The notes under the pieces are model-generated. The model was not told where the DNA came from. It saw only the letters and a program-made list of their open reading frames with translations, and searched no databases. A stretch of 44,573 nucleotides of DNA, from positions 1 through 44,573 of the forward strand of contig JBIJCJ010000001.1 of the NCBI GenBank assembly GCA_044344765.1, given 5' to 3'. Origin of the DNA: Pirellulales bacterium. Lineage in GTDB: Bacteria; Planctomycetota; Planctomycetia; Pirellulales; UBA1268. Positions 26,759 through 35,611 of this stretch are shown here, piece by piece. Within the stretch, counting starts at the first letter, position 1. Each line of letters opens with the position of its first letter. Both the position numbers and the translations under genes were made by a program.

Positions 26759-26929
26759 CGCCGCCCGCGGCGGTCATTCCCAAGTGGCTCATACGGCTCG
26801 CTTGAGCCTCACGTGTTTCTCCCCGAAAGCCCCTTCTTTCACCCGCCATCGCAGTCAGCCCATGAGCCGCAACCAAGGCCCCCGCATCGGCGGTGGCTGT
26901 GATTTCGCGATCGGGCGGGAGACGGGGCG

Positions 26930-28771
26930 ATGATCGGCCGGTGGGCGACGTACGGAGGCGTGGTGGCGACGGCCTGGTGTCTGGCCGCGGGCGGTGCGCC
27001 GCCGTCGGCTCCAGCCGATGGTTCCGTGCCGGACCTCCTCGCCGTCATCCGGCTCGACGAGGTGACCGCCCTCGAGATCGTGTCTCGGCAGATGGCCAAG
27101 CCGAGTCTGGCTCAGGCTGCGCCCTGGTCGAGAGCTTGGCAGGATGCCGTGCTCCTGCGGGCGGGCGCGACTCGCGAGCAGATCGCGCGGCTGCGCGACG
27201 ACCAGGAGGTGGCAAGCGGCCGTGAGCGGCGGGGATTGCACGTCGTCGAGTTTTTGGCCGGAGTTCGGAATCCGGAGTGGCAAGGCCTGGCCAACCGCGT
27301 CGCCGACTGCCTGCATCTGGCCGCCCTCACCCGGCTCACCCCGGAGGTCGCCGCCGCACTCGCCCGGTATCCTGGCGCCATCGCGCTGGCCGGCCTCGCG
27401 GAACTCGACGCGGCGACGGCGGCCGCCCTGGCCGCCGGGGCAGGGCCGCTCCACCTGGGCGGCCTCGTGACGCTGTCGCCGGAAGTGGCCGCCGCCCTCG
27501 CGACGCATGCCGGTCCGCTGCATCTCGGCGGCCTCGAGTCGCTCTCGCCGGAGGCGGCCCGCGAACTGGCCGCGTACGGCGGACGGGAGTTGGACGTCTC
27601 GGGTCTCAAATCGATGGAGGCCGAGACGGCCCGATCGCTGGCGGGCTGCCGCGGCTGGGACGGCCGGCTACCGAACCTGCGGTCGCTGTCGCCCGAGGCG
27701 GCTCGCGAGATCGCCCGTTGCCGGTGGCCGCTCGATCTCCGCGGCCTCGAACGGCTTTCGTCGGCTGCAGCCGAGGCTCTGTGCCGCAATGCGGTCGCGG
27801 TCAATCTCGACGGCCTCGCCATGCTGGAGCCCGAGGTCGCCGGCACGCTGGCTGGATGCCCTGGTAAGGTGAGCGTCGCCGGACTCGTCGCCATCGATCC
27901 CGCCGTCGCCGCGGCGCTGGCGGGCTGCCCGGGGTGGAACGGTTGGCTGCCGCACCTCAAGGTGCTGGAGCCCGCGGTGGCGCAGGGGCTCGCGACTCGC
28001 AACGGTAACCTTCACCTCTCGGGCTTGGCGACGATTTCCGAGGAGGCGGCCCGCGCGCTGGCGGCGCGGCCCGGCGGCGGCCTGTGGCTCAACGGCCTCG
28101 AGAAGCTCCCGCTGGGCGTGGCCCGGGCCTTGGGCGACCATGGAAAGGGAGATTTTTTGTCGATCCGCGTGCCGGCGGATCTCGATGCCGACGCCGCAGC
28201 GGCGGTCGTCCGCCGGGTGGGCGCTGTCACGATATGCGGCCTCGGGCGGCTGACGCCGGAGGTGGCGGCGGCATTGACCAGCCACGTGCACATGATCACG
28301 TTCGCCGACCTCGCCCGGCTCGATCCCGAAGCGGTGGCGGCCTTGGCCCCGAAATACGGAACGCTCTACTGTCCGGCCGTCCGCACCATCGACCTGCCGA
28401 CTGCCCGGGCGCTGGCGGGGTGCCAGAGCATGGTTCACCTGTTCGGGCTCACGTCGGCCGATGACGATGCGATCGACTTTCTCGCCGCCTGCCGGGGCAA
28501 AATCCGTTTCAACCTTCAGGTCGTCGACAGCTTGTCGATCGAGCGGGCAGTCTGGTTCGCCGGCTGGGGCGGCGAGGTGGAACTGCCGCGGGTGGAGGCG
28601 ATCGAGGGTCCGGATGCCGTGGCGATCGCCGAGGCGATTCTGGCGAAAGATGGCCCCTTCGCGCTGCCCGGTCTGCGGCGGGTGACCAGGCCCGCACTGG
28701 AGGTGCTGCAACGCAAGCGGGACATCAGGCTGCCTCCTCCCGAAGCACTGCAGGTGGTCCCCGCCGGGTGA
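26930..28771 (+). CDS. Secreted protein with about 15 leucine-rich-repeat-like 23-24-residue units
   Basis: Signal-like N-terminus MIGRWATYGGVVATAWCLAAGGAPP. Repeated pattern L.(L/I)(S/T/E)PE(V/A)A..LA...G.L.L.GL, for example VTLSPEVAAALATHAGPLHLGGL and ESLSPEAARELAAYGGRELDVSGL. Confidence 0.7.
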   Translation: MIGRWATYGGVVATAWCLAAGGAPPSAPADGSVPDLLAVIRLDEVTALEIVSRQMAKPSLAQAAPWSRAWQDAVLLRAGATREQIARLRDDQEVASGRERRGLHVVEFLAGVRNPEWQGLANRVADCLHLAALTRLTPEVAAALARYPGAIALAGLAELDAATAAALAAGAGPLHLGGLVTLSPEVAAALATHAGPLHLGGLESLSPEAARELAAYGGRELDVSGLKSMEAETARSLAGCRGWDGRLPNLRSLSPEAAREIARCRWPLDLRGLERLSSAAAEALCRNAVAVNLDGLAMLEPEVAGTLAGCPGKVSVAGLVAIDPAVAAALAGCPGWNGWLPHLKVLEPAVAQGLATRNGNLHLSGLATISEEAARALAARPGGGLWLNGLEKLPLGVARALGDHGKGDFLSIRVPADLDADAAAAVVRRVGAVTICGLGRLTPEVAAALTSHVHMITFADLARLDPEAVAALAPKYGTLYCPAVRTIDLPTARALAGCQSMVHLFGLTSADDDAIDFLAACRGKIRFNLQVVDSLSIERAVWFAGWGGEVELPRVEAIEGPDAVAIAEAILAKDGPFALPGLRRVTRPALEVLQRKRDIRLPPPEALQVVPAG

Positions 28772-28820
28772 CGACCGGCGGGGGCGTGCGCGAAGCCCGA
28801 CCGAGCACGTCCTCCGGACG

Positions 28821-29669
28821 TCACCCAGCGGTCCGCGGGCCACTCGGTCCGCGGCCGGCCACCCGCGGCGGCGGCACGTACCGCCGGCAGCGGGAAAAGA
28901 GCGCCAGCGGATTGTCGAGCACCAGCTTCTCGATCAGGCTCTCCGCGTGACCGCGGGCCCGCATGGCGACGATGAAATCGGGCACGGCCACCGGCCGCGA
29001 GGGGCCCCAGTCGCCGGCCGAGTTCACCAGCAGCCGCTCGGTGCCGAACTGCTCCACCATGTCGCAGGCCCGCTCCGGCGAGCACTTCGTCACCGGGTAG
29101 AGCGTCATGCCCGCCCAGTAGCCGGCCTCGAGGGCGTGGCGGATCGTGTGCTCCTCGACGTGGTCGATGACCACGCGGCCGCGGTCGAGGTTCGGGAAGT
29201 CGGCGAGCATGTCGATGATCATCCGCGTGCCGCGGAGCTTGTCGGCCAGGTGCGGCGTGTGGATGAGGATCGTCTCGTCGTGGCGGATCGCGAGCTCGAC
29301 CTGCTCCATGAACACGGTCGCCTCGTTCCGCGTGTTCTTGTTGAGGCCGATCTCGCCGATGCCGAGCACGTTGGCGGCGTTCAGGAACTCCGGGATCGCC
29401 GCGATCACCTCGCGGGCGAGCTTCACGTCCTCCGCCTCCTTGGCGTTGATGCACAGCCAGGAGTAGTGGGCGATGCCGTAGGTCGCCGCCCGCTTCGGCT
29501 CGACCTCCGTGATCTGCCGGAAGTAGTCGCGGAAGCCATCGGCGCTCCTGCGGTCGAAGCCCGCCCAGAAGGCCGGCTCGCTCACCGCGACGCAGCCCAT
29601 GCGGGCGAGCGTCTCGTAGTCGTCGGTGATCCGCGAGACCATGTGGATGTGCGGGTCAACGTAGTGCAT
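28821..29669 (-). CDS. TatD-related metal-dependent hydrolase (amidohydrolase fold)
   Basis: N-terminal MHYVDPHIHM metal motif, plus LGIGEIGL, ILIHTPH and VVIDHV. 282 aa. Confidence 0.7.
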   Translation of the reverse strand: MHYVDPHIHMVSRITDDYETLARMGCVAVSEPAFWAGFDRRSADGFRDYFRQITEVEPKRAATYGIAHYSWLCINAKEAEDVKLAREVIAAIPEFLNAANVLGIGEIGLNKNTRNEATVFMEQVELAIRHDETILIHTPHLADKLRGTRMIIDMLADFPNLDRGRVVIDHVEEHTIRHALEAGYWAGMTLYPVTKCSPERACDMVEQFGTERLLVNSAGDWGPSRPVAVPDFIVAMRARGHAESLIEKLVLDNPLALFSRCRRYVPPPRVAGRGPSGPRTAG

Positions 29670-29714
29670 CGCCGTCTTTCAAAAGGCTCGTCGTTGGCCG
29701 CGGTACGGGAAGGC

Positions 29715-29996
29715 TCATCGGCCGCAGCAGCCGGGCGAGCCCGCGAGCTGCGGTCCGCCGTCCCGCCGCCAGGTCGGCTCGTAGGGATCGGAGAAGAGCA
29801 TCTGCAGTGCCTCGGCCCGCCCTGGCCCCTCGGCGAGCCGGTCGACCGCGGCCAGGATCAGCTCCCAGCGCTGGTCGGCGTCGAGCGCCGGGGCATTCCC
29901 GGCGGCATGCCGCTCGGCGCGGTCGAGCGCCGCGGCCAGCTCCACGAGCAGGCTGCGAATCGCGAGGAAGCGGGGATCGTTCAGGGCGGGCTGCAT
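29715..29996 (-). CDS. Hypothetical small protein
   Basis: 93-aa ORF directly upstream of the TatD-like gene on the same strand. Helical-looking composition with no motif. Confidence 0.4.
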   Translation of the reverse strand: MQPALNDPRFLAIRSLLVELAAALDRAERHAAGNAPALDADQRWELILAAVDRLAEGPGRAEALQMLFSDPYEPTWRRDGGPQLAGSPGCCGR

Positions 29997-30272
29997 GCCC
30001 GGATTGTATCACCGCTGCGCCGGGCGGGAGGTCTCGGCAGAGATGCGGTTCGCTCCCTGCCGACCTCCGTCTCGGGTCGTGCGTTTTCCCGGCGGGAAGG
30101 TAGGATCGCCGGCCGGCGAGTTATGGGTGCTTGAAACACGCGTTCATGTGCAGAGTCCCGAAAGCCCCTGGCGGAAGCGGGGGGATAGGTATGACGCCAC
30201 GATGCAAGGCTCAGTAATCGTGCAGGAAGGTTCGTTTTCCCAGTCGTCGGCAACGCCGAAAAGGTCGCAGTC

Positions 30273-31394
30273 ATGAAGCGGGTCGGGATCGTGGGCTGGC
30301 GGGGCATGGTCGGTTCGGTGCTCATGGATCGCATGCGGTCCGAGGGCGACTTCCCCCTGTTTACGCCGGTGTTCTTCTCCACCTCAAATGCTGGCGGAGC
30401 CGCCCCGCCCGAGGCGGGGGCCGGCGGCGTGCTGCAGGACGCCCACGACGTGGCCACTCTCGCCGGCTGCGACATCGTGCTGACGGCGCAGGGGGGCGAC
30501 TACACCGCGCAGGTGTTTCCGCAGCTCCGCGGCGCGGGCTGGCAGGGGCACTGGATCGACGCGGCCTCCACGCTGCGGATGAACGACGACGCCGTGATCG
30601 TGCTCGACCCGGTGAACCGCGCGGTGATCGACCGCGGGCTCGAGCAGGGAATCAGGAACTGGATCGGCGGCAACTGCACCGTCAGCTGCATGCTCATGGG
30701 CGTGGGGGCCCTCTACAAGGCGGGGCTCGTCGAATGGATGACATCCCAGACCTACCAGGCCGCCTCGGGCGGCGGCGCCCAGCACATGCGGGAGCTGCTC
30801 ACCCAGTTCGGCACGCTCCACGCCGAGGTGCGGGAGCTGCTCGGTGATCCCGCATCCGCGATCCTCGAGATCGACCGCCGCGTGATCGCCCGCCAGCGCA
30901 GCCTGTCGGCGGCCGAGACGGCCCAGTTCGGCGTGCCGCTCGGCGGGTCGCTGATCCCCTGGATCGACAAGGATCTCGGCGACGGGATGTCGCGGGAGGA
31001 ATGGAAGGGGATGGCGGAGACCAACAAGATCCTCGGCCGCGGCGCGGCGTTCGGCACCCGGCCGGTGCCGGTGGACGGGTTCTGCGTCCGCGTCGGGGCG
31101 ATGCGGTGCCACAGCCAGGCCCTCGTGCTCAAGCTCGCACGGCCCGTGCCGCCGGCGGAGATCGAGCCGCTGATCGCCGCCGACAACGCCTGGGTGAAGG
31201 TCGTGCCCAACACCCGGGAGGCGACGCTCGCGGAGCTCACCCCCGTGGCGGTCTCGGGAACGCTCACGATCCCGGTGGGCCGGATCCGGGCCCTGGCGAT
31301 GGGGCCGGAGTACATCGGGGCCTTCACGATCGGTGACCAGCTGCTCTGGGGCGCGGCGGAGCCGCTCCGCCGCATGCTGCGGATCCTGCTCTGA
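30273..31394 (+). CDS. asd: Aspartate-semialdehyde dehydrogenase
   Basis: Near-colinear with the E. coli-type Asd as I remember it: [24 protein letters not shown] (active-site Cys), [37 protein letters not shown] and [19 protein letters not shown]. Confidence 0.95.
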   Translation: MKRVGIVGWRGMVGSVLMDRMRSEGDFPLFTPVFFSTSNAGGAAPPEAGAGGVLQDAHDVATLAGCDIVLTAQGGDYTAQVFPQLRGAGWQGHWIDAASTLRMNDDAVIVLDPVNRAVIDRGLEQGIRNWIGGNCTVSCMLMGVGALYKAGLVEWMTSQTYQAASGGGAQHMRELLTQFGTLHAEVRELLGDPASAILEIDRRVIARQRSLSAAETAQFGVPLGGSLIPWIDKDLGDGMSREEWKGMAETNKILGRGAAFGTRPVPVDGFCVRVGAMRCHSQALVLKLARPVPPAEIEPLIAADNAWVKVVPNTREATLAELTPVAVSGTLTIPVGRIRALAMGPEYIGAFTIGDQLLWGAAEPLRRMLRILL

Positions 31395-31413
31395 GGTTCG
31401 ACCGCAGTGCTCG

Positions 31414-31436
31414 GCTGCCGGCTTGCGGCCGGCGGC
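31414..31436 (+). terminator. Stem-loop after asd
   Basis: GCTGCCGGC-TTGCG-GCCGGCGGC: 9 pairs including one G-U. No U-tract. Confidence 0.3.
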
Positions 31437-31497
31437 CTTGGCGGGCGACACTTTCCACGGTCGTCGATCTGTTCGGGGCCCCTTCCGCGATCACACC

Positions 31498-32040
31498 ATG
31501 GACCCGACCGCCACCCGCTCCCCGGCCTGGGGCACGGTCAAGCTGACGCTCGGCTGCCTCTATCTGGTGGCCGCGGCGGCGTGGACCATGCCCCCGGGGA
31601 TACCTGGACGCACGACGATCGTGCGGCTGGCGATCGCCCCTTTCCATGCGTTGGGCCTGTGGCAGTCGTGGGACATGTTCGCTCCCGACCCCATGCCGGC
31701 CGACATCTACGTGTCGCTGGTCGCCGTGCTGGAGGACGGCACGATCGTGGAACGCGAGCTCACGCACATGCCGACGCTCGACATCCGCACCCGCTACACG
31801 ACCGAGCGCTGGCGGCGGTTCTGCAACGACCATCTGCGGATCGACGACAACCAGCGGCTCTGGCCGGACGCCGCCCGCTGGTTCGCCGGCCGGATCGAGC
31901 GCGAGTCCGGACAACGAGTGATGCGACTCGCGATGTGGCGGCACTGGCGGTCCACCGTGCCACCCGGCCCGGACGACGCCCCTCCGCAGCGATCTGAATG
32001 GCTGAGCGTTCCATTCCATGTCTGGGATCGGGAGCCGTGA
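31498..32040 (+). CDS. Membrane-anchored HTTM-partner protein (DUF5819-like)
   Basis: Start at ATG 31498 (MDPTATRSPAWGTVKLTLGCLYLVAAAAW). Motif LWQSWDMFAPDP. Its stop overlaps the start of the HTTM gene. Confidence 0.6.
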   Translation: MDPTATRSPAWGTVKLTLGCLYLVAAAAWTMPPGIPGRTTIVRLAIAPFHALGLWQSWDMFAPDPMPADIYVSLVAVLEDGTIVERELTHMPTLDIRTRYTTERWRRFCNDHLRIDDNQRLWPDAARWFAGRIERESGQRVMRLAMWRHWRSTVPPGPDDAPPQRSEWLSVPFHVWDREP

Positions 32041-32960
32041 ACAGACGATTCCTCGCCCCGGTGCGGGCGCTGCGCGACCGGCTCCTGCGGCCCGTCTCCC
32101 CCCTGCCCTTGGCAGCGTACCGCTGCCTGTTCGGCATCCTCGCCCTTGCGAACGGCATGCTCCTGGCGCCCGACGTCGAAGCCTTCTTCACCGCCGGCGG
32201 CGTGCTGCCGCACGGCGCGGTCGTTCAGGCTACGGATCCCTGGCGTTTCGACCCGCTCGTCTGGGCGGGATCGACGCCGGCGGCGGCGTGGACGCTGTTC
32301 GCCGCCTCCATGGCGGCCGCCGCGCTGACGACCGTCGGCCTGTTCACCCGCGCCGCCACGCTCGTGCTGTTTCTGGCCTGCGTCGGCTTCCACCATCGCA
32401 ATCCCTGCATTCTCTCGTCGGGCGACACGATGATGCGGCTGATGGCCTTCTTCCTCACGCTCGCGCCCGCCGGCGCGGCGCTCAGCCTCGACCATCTGTG
32501 GCGGGTGCGACGGGGACTGGCCCTGCCGGGGGATCCGCAGGCGATTCCATCCACTGCATTCCGGCTGATGCAGCTGCAGATCTGCCTGGCCTACCTGGTC
32601 ACCGGTGCCTGGAAGGTCTGCGGTGAGACCTGGCGTGACGGCACCGCGGTGTCGCTCGTGCTCCAGCTCGGGCAGTTCGCGAGGTTTCCGCTGCCGAGCT
32701 GGTGCGAGGCCGCGTGGTTCAGCCGCCTCGCCACCTGGGGCACGCTCGGCGTGGAGCTGCTGGCCCCGGTGCTGCTCTGGATTCCGGCGACCCGCCGGGC
32801 GGCGCTGGTGTCACTGGCGGCGCTTCACCTGGGCCTCGAGTACACGCTCAATATCCAGCTCTTCCAGCCGATCATGCTCGCCGGCCTGGTGTTGTTTCTC
32901 GAGCCTGGCGAGGTACGGGCGCTCCTGCGACTCCGCCGCTCAGAGTCGCGCACGGTCTGA
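32037..32960 (+). CDS. HTTM (horizontally transferred transmembrane, vitamin K-dependent gamma-carboxylase-like) domain protein
   Basis: Multi-pass membrane protein: SPLPLAAYRCLFGILALANG, FLACVGFHHRNPCILSSGDTMMRLMAFFLTLAP, CLAYLVTGAWK. Start is either GTG 32037 (GTGA overlap) or ATG 31998. Confidence 0.8.
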   Translation: MNRRFLAPVRALRDRLLRPVSPLPLAAYRCLFGILALANGMLLAPDVEAFFTAGGVLPHGAVVQATDPWRFDPLVWAGSTPAAAWTLFAASMAAAALTTVGLFTRAATLVLFLACVGFHHRNPCILSSGDTMMRLMAFFLTLAPAGAALSLDHLWRVRRGLALPGDPQAIPSTAFRLMQLQICLAYLVTGAWKVCGETWRDGTAVSLVLQLGQFARFPLPSWCEAAWFSRLATWGTLGVELLAPVLLWIPATRRAALVSLAALHLGLEYTLNIQLFQPIMLAGLVLFLEPGEVRALLRLRRSESRTV

Positions 32961-33020
32961 GGCCGGGGCCGTCGGTCGGCGTCTGGTAGACTGCGGTTCG
33001 CCGCTGCGAAATCCATCGCC

Positions 33021-35201
33021 ATGCATGATCCGACCACCTGGTATGGCCATCTCGCCCAGGGGCGTCGTGCGCGGCGCGCCCTTCCCGTCGCCGCAGTGGC
33101 GACGTTCCTTTTCGGAATCCTTTCCATGACCACCGCCGCCGACACCGTCGCCCATCCCCTTCTCGCCCCGTGGTCGGGTCCGTTCGGCGGCGTGCCGCCG
33201 TTCGATCGGGCCCGCGTCGGCGACTTCGAGCCGGCCCTCGAGGCGGGGATGGCCGATCAGCTGGCACGGATCGACGCGATCACGGCGTCTCCCGAGCCGG
33301 CCACCTTCGCCAACACGTCGGCGGCCCTCGAACAGGCCGGCCGGATGCTCGACCGGGTCCGCGCGGTGTACGACGTGTTCGGCAACGGCCTCAACGACGA
33401 GGCGATGCAGGAGGTCGAGAGGCGGATGGCCCCTCGTCTGGCGGCGTTCGCCGACAAGATCGTCCAGAACGAAAAGCTGTTCGCGCGGGTGGCCGCCGTC
33501 TACGAGGCCCGCGAGCGGTCGGGGCTCACGCCCGAACAGCAGCGGCTCGCCTGGCTGCAGTACACCGACCTCGTGCGGGCCGGGGCCCGGCTCGACGCCG
33601 CGGCGAAGCAGCGGATGGCCGCGATCAACGAGGAGCTGGCCGGCCTGTTCACGGCGTTCACCCAGCACGTGCTCAAGGACGAGGAGACGCAGGCGGTGTT
33701 CCTGGCCACCGCCGACGATCTCGCCGGCTGCCCGGACGCGGTCCGCGACGCCGCGGCGGCCGCCGCCCGCGAACGGGGCCGCGACGGCTGGGCGATCACG
33801 AACACGCGGTCGAGCGTCGAGCCCTTCCTGACCTACGCCCGGCGTCGCGACCTGCGCGAGAAGGTATGGCGGATGTTCGTGGACCGCGGCGCCGGGGGCG
33901 GCCCGACCGACAATCACGCCACGATCGCGCGGATCCTCGCCCTCCGGGCGGAGCGGGCGAAACTGCTCGGCTACGCGACCCACGCCCACTGGCGGCTCGA
34001 AGACTCGATGGCCAAGACGCCCGCCCGGGCGGCGGAGCTGATGGAGCGGGTGTGGCAGCCCGCCGTCGCCCGCGTCCGCGAGGAGGTGGCCGAGATGCAG
34101 GCCGTCGCCGACGCGGAGGGGGCCGGCATCCATATCGAGCCCTGGGACTACCGCTTCTACGCCGAGCAGGTCCGGAAGGCGAAGTACGACCTCGACGAGG
34201 CCGAGATCACGCCCTACCTGCAGCTCGACAAGCTCCGCGACGGCCTGTTCTTCACCGCGGAGCAGCTCTTCGGCCTGCGGTTTCTGCCCGTCGATTCGGC
34301 GACCGTGCCGGTCTACCATCCGGACGTCCGCGTCTGGGAGGTGCGGGATGCGGCGGGGAAGCACGTCGGCCTGTTCTATTTCGATCCCTTCGCCCGCAAG
34401 GGCAAGCGGTCGGGCGCGTGGATGAGCGGCTATCGCTCGCAGGAGCGGTTCGCCGGCGAAGTGGCGGCGATCGTCTCCAACAACTGCAACTTCACCAAGC
34501 CCGGCCCCGGTGAGCCGGCGCTCCTGAGCTGGGACGACGCCACGACGCTGTTTCACGAGTTCGGCCATGCCCTGCACGGCCTCTGCTCGAGCGTCGAATA
34601 TCCCGCGCTCTCGGGCACGAACGTGACCCGCGACTACGTCGAGTTTCCCTCGCAGATCCTCGAGCACTGGCTCTCGACGCCCGAGGTTCTCGACCGCTTC
34701 GCGCTGCATCACGAGACCGGCCGTCCGATGCCCCGTGAGCTGGTCGCCAAGATCGAGCGGGCGAAGCGGTTCAACGAGGGCTTTCGCACGGTCGAGTTCC
34801 TCGCCAGCGCGGTGATCGACATGCAGCTGCATCTGGCGGCCGACGGCGTGCCCGATCCCGCCGCCTTCGAGCGCGACACGCTCGCCGCGCTCGGGCTGCC
34901 GCGGGAGATCGTGATGCGGCACCGCACGCCGCAGTTCCTCCACGTGTTCGCCGACGACGGCTACTCTGCCGGTTACTACAGCTACCTGTGGGCCGACGCG
35001 ATCACGGCCGACGCCTGGGAGGCGTTCACCGAGGCGGGCGGCCCGTGGGACCCGGCGGTCGCGAAGCGTCTGCTCGAGCAGGTCTTCTCGGTGGGCAACA
35101 CGATCCCGCCCGAGGAGAGCTATCGCGGCTTCCGCGGCCGCGATCCAGCGATCGACGCCCTGATGCGGAAGCGCGGCTTCGCCCCGGCCGCGGTTCGCTG
35201 A
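33021..35201 (+). CDS. dcp: M3-family peptidyl-dipeptidase (Dcp / oligopeptidase A-like)
   Basis: HEFGHALH zinc motif with a downstream EFPSQ. 726 aa. N-terminal RRARRALPVAAVATFLFGILSMTTAA looks like an export signal. An alternative start exists at the internal Met of MTTAADT. Confidence 0.9.
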   Translation: MHDPTTWYGHLAQGRRARRALPVAAVATFLFGILSMTTAADTVAHPLLAPWSGPFGGVPPFDRARVGDFEPALEAGMADQLARIDAITASPEPATFANTSAALEQAGRMLDRVRAVYDVFGNGLNDEAMQEVERRMAPRLAAFADKIVQNEKLFARVAAVYEARERSGLTPEQQRLAWLQYTDLVRAGARLDAAAKQRMAAINEELAGLFTAFTQHVLKDEETQAVFLATADDLAGCPDAVRDAAAAAARERGRDGWAITNTRSSVEPFLTYARRRDLREKVWRMFVDRGAGGGPTDNHATIARILALRAERAKLLGYATHAHWRLEDSMAKTPARAAELMERVWQPAVARVREEVAEMQAVADAEGAGIHIEPWDYRFYAEQVRKAKYDLDEAEITPYLQLDKLRDGLFFTAEQLFGLRFLPVDSATVPVYHPDVRVWEVRDAAGKHVGLFYFDPFARKGKRSGAWMSGYRSQERFAGEVAAIVSNNCNFTKPGPGEPALLSWDDATTLFHEFGHALHGLCSSVEYPALSGTNVTRDYVEFPSQILEHWLSTPEVLDRFALHHETGRPMPRELVAKIERAKRFNEGFRTVEFLASAVIDMQLHLAADGVPDPAAFERDTLAALGLPREIVMRHRTPQFLHVFADDGYSAGYYSYLWADAITADAWEAFTEAGGPWDPAVAKRLLEQVFSVGNTIPPEESYRGFRGRDPAIDALMRKRGFAPAAVR

Positions 35202-35207
35202 TCGCCC

Positions 35208-35557
35208 GTTGGTGGCGGCTGCCCGATGCCGTGAAGCCCGAGGCGCGAGCCGAGGGAATGCGGTGTGGTTTCCGGTGAAGCGGCGCGTATTCCCTCACCT
35301 TGCGGTTCGGGCTTCCCTGCAACCGGGCACGACGGTCAGAGACCGCCGGACGTCGTTGGTGGCGGATGGCTGCTGCCGTGAAGCCCGAGGCGCGAGCCGA
35401 GGGAATGCGGTGTGGTTTCCGGTGAAGCGGCGCGTATTCCCTCACCTTGCGGTTCGGGCTTCCCGGCAACCGGGCACGACGGTCAGAGACCGCCGGACGT
35501 CGTTGGTGGCGGATGCCCGATGCCGTGAAGCCCGAGGCGCGAGCCGAGGGAATGCGG
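35208..35557 (+). repeat. Tandem array of 2.4 copies of a 147-bp unit, each carrying an 83-nt imperfect hairpin
   Basis: Units start at 35208, 35355 and 35502, giving an exact period of 147. Units 1 and 2 differ only in one short patch and one T/G. Hairpin arms are at 35233-35262 and 35286-35315. Confidence 0.9.
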
Positions 35558-35611
35558 GTCGGTGGCCAGCGGTTCCTGCGGCGGTCGTCGCCAGGTCGTC
35601 CGCGTACCGGC

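Noticed and set aside
35208-35557. Idea that the 147-bp palindromic units are integron attC sites or a CRISPR array.
   Set aside because: No GTTRRRY / RYYYAAC core pair sits at the unit borders. No intI-type integrase or cassette ORFs are adjacent. The units abut with no unique spacers, and no cas genes are in the window.
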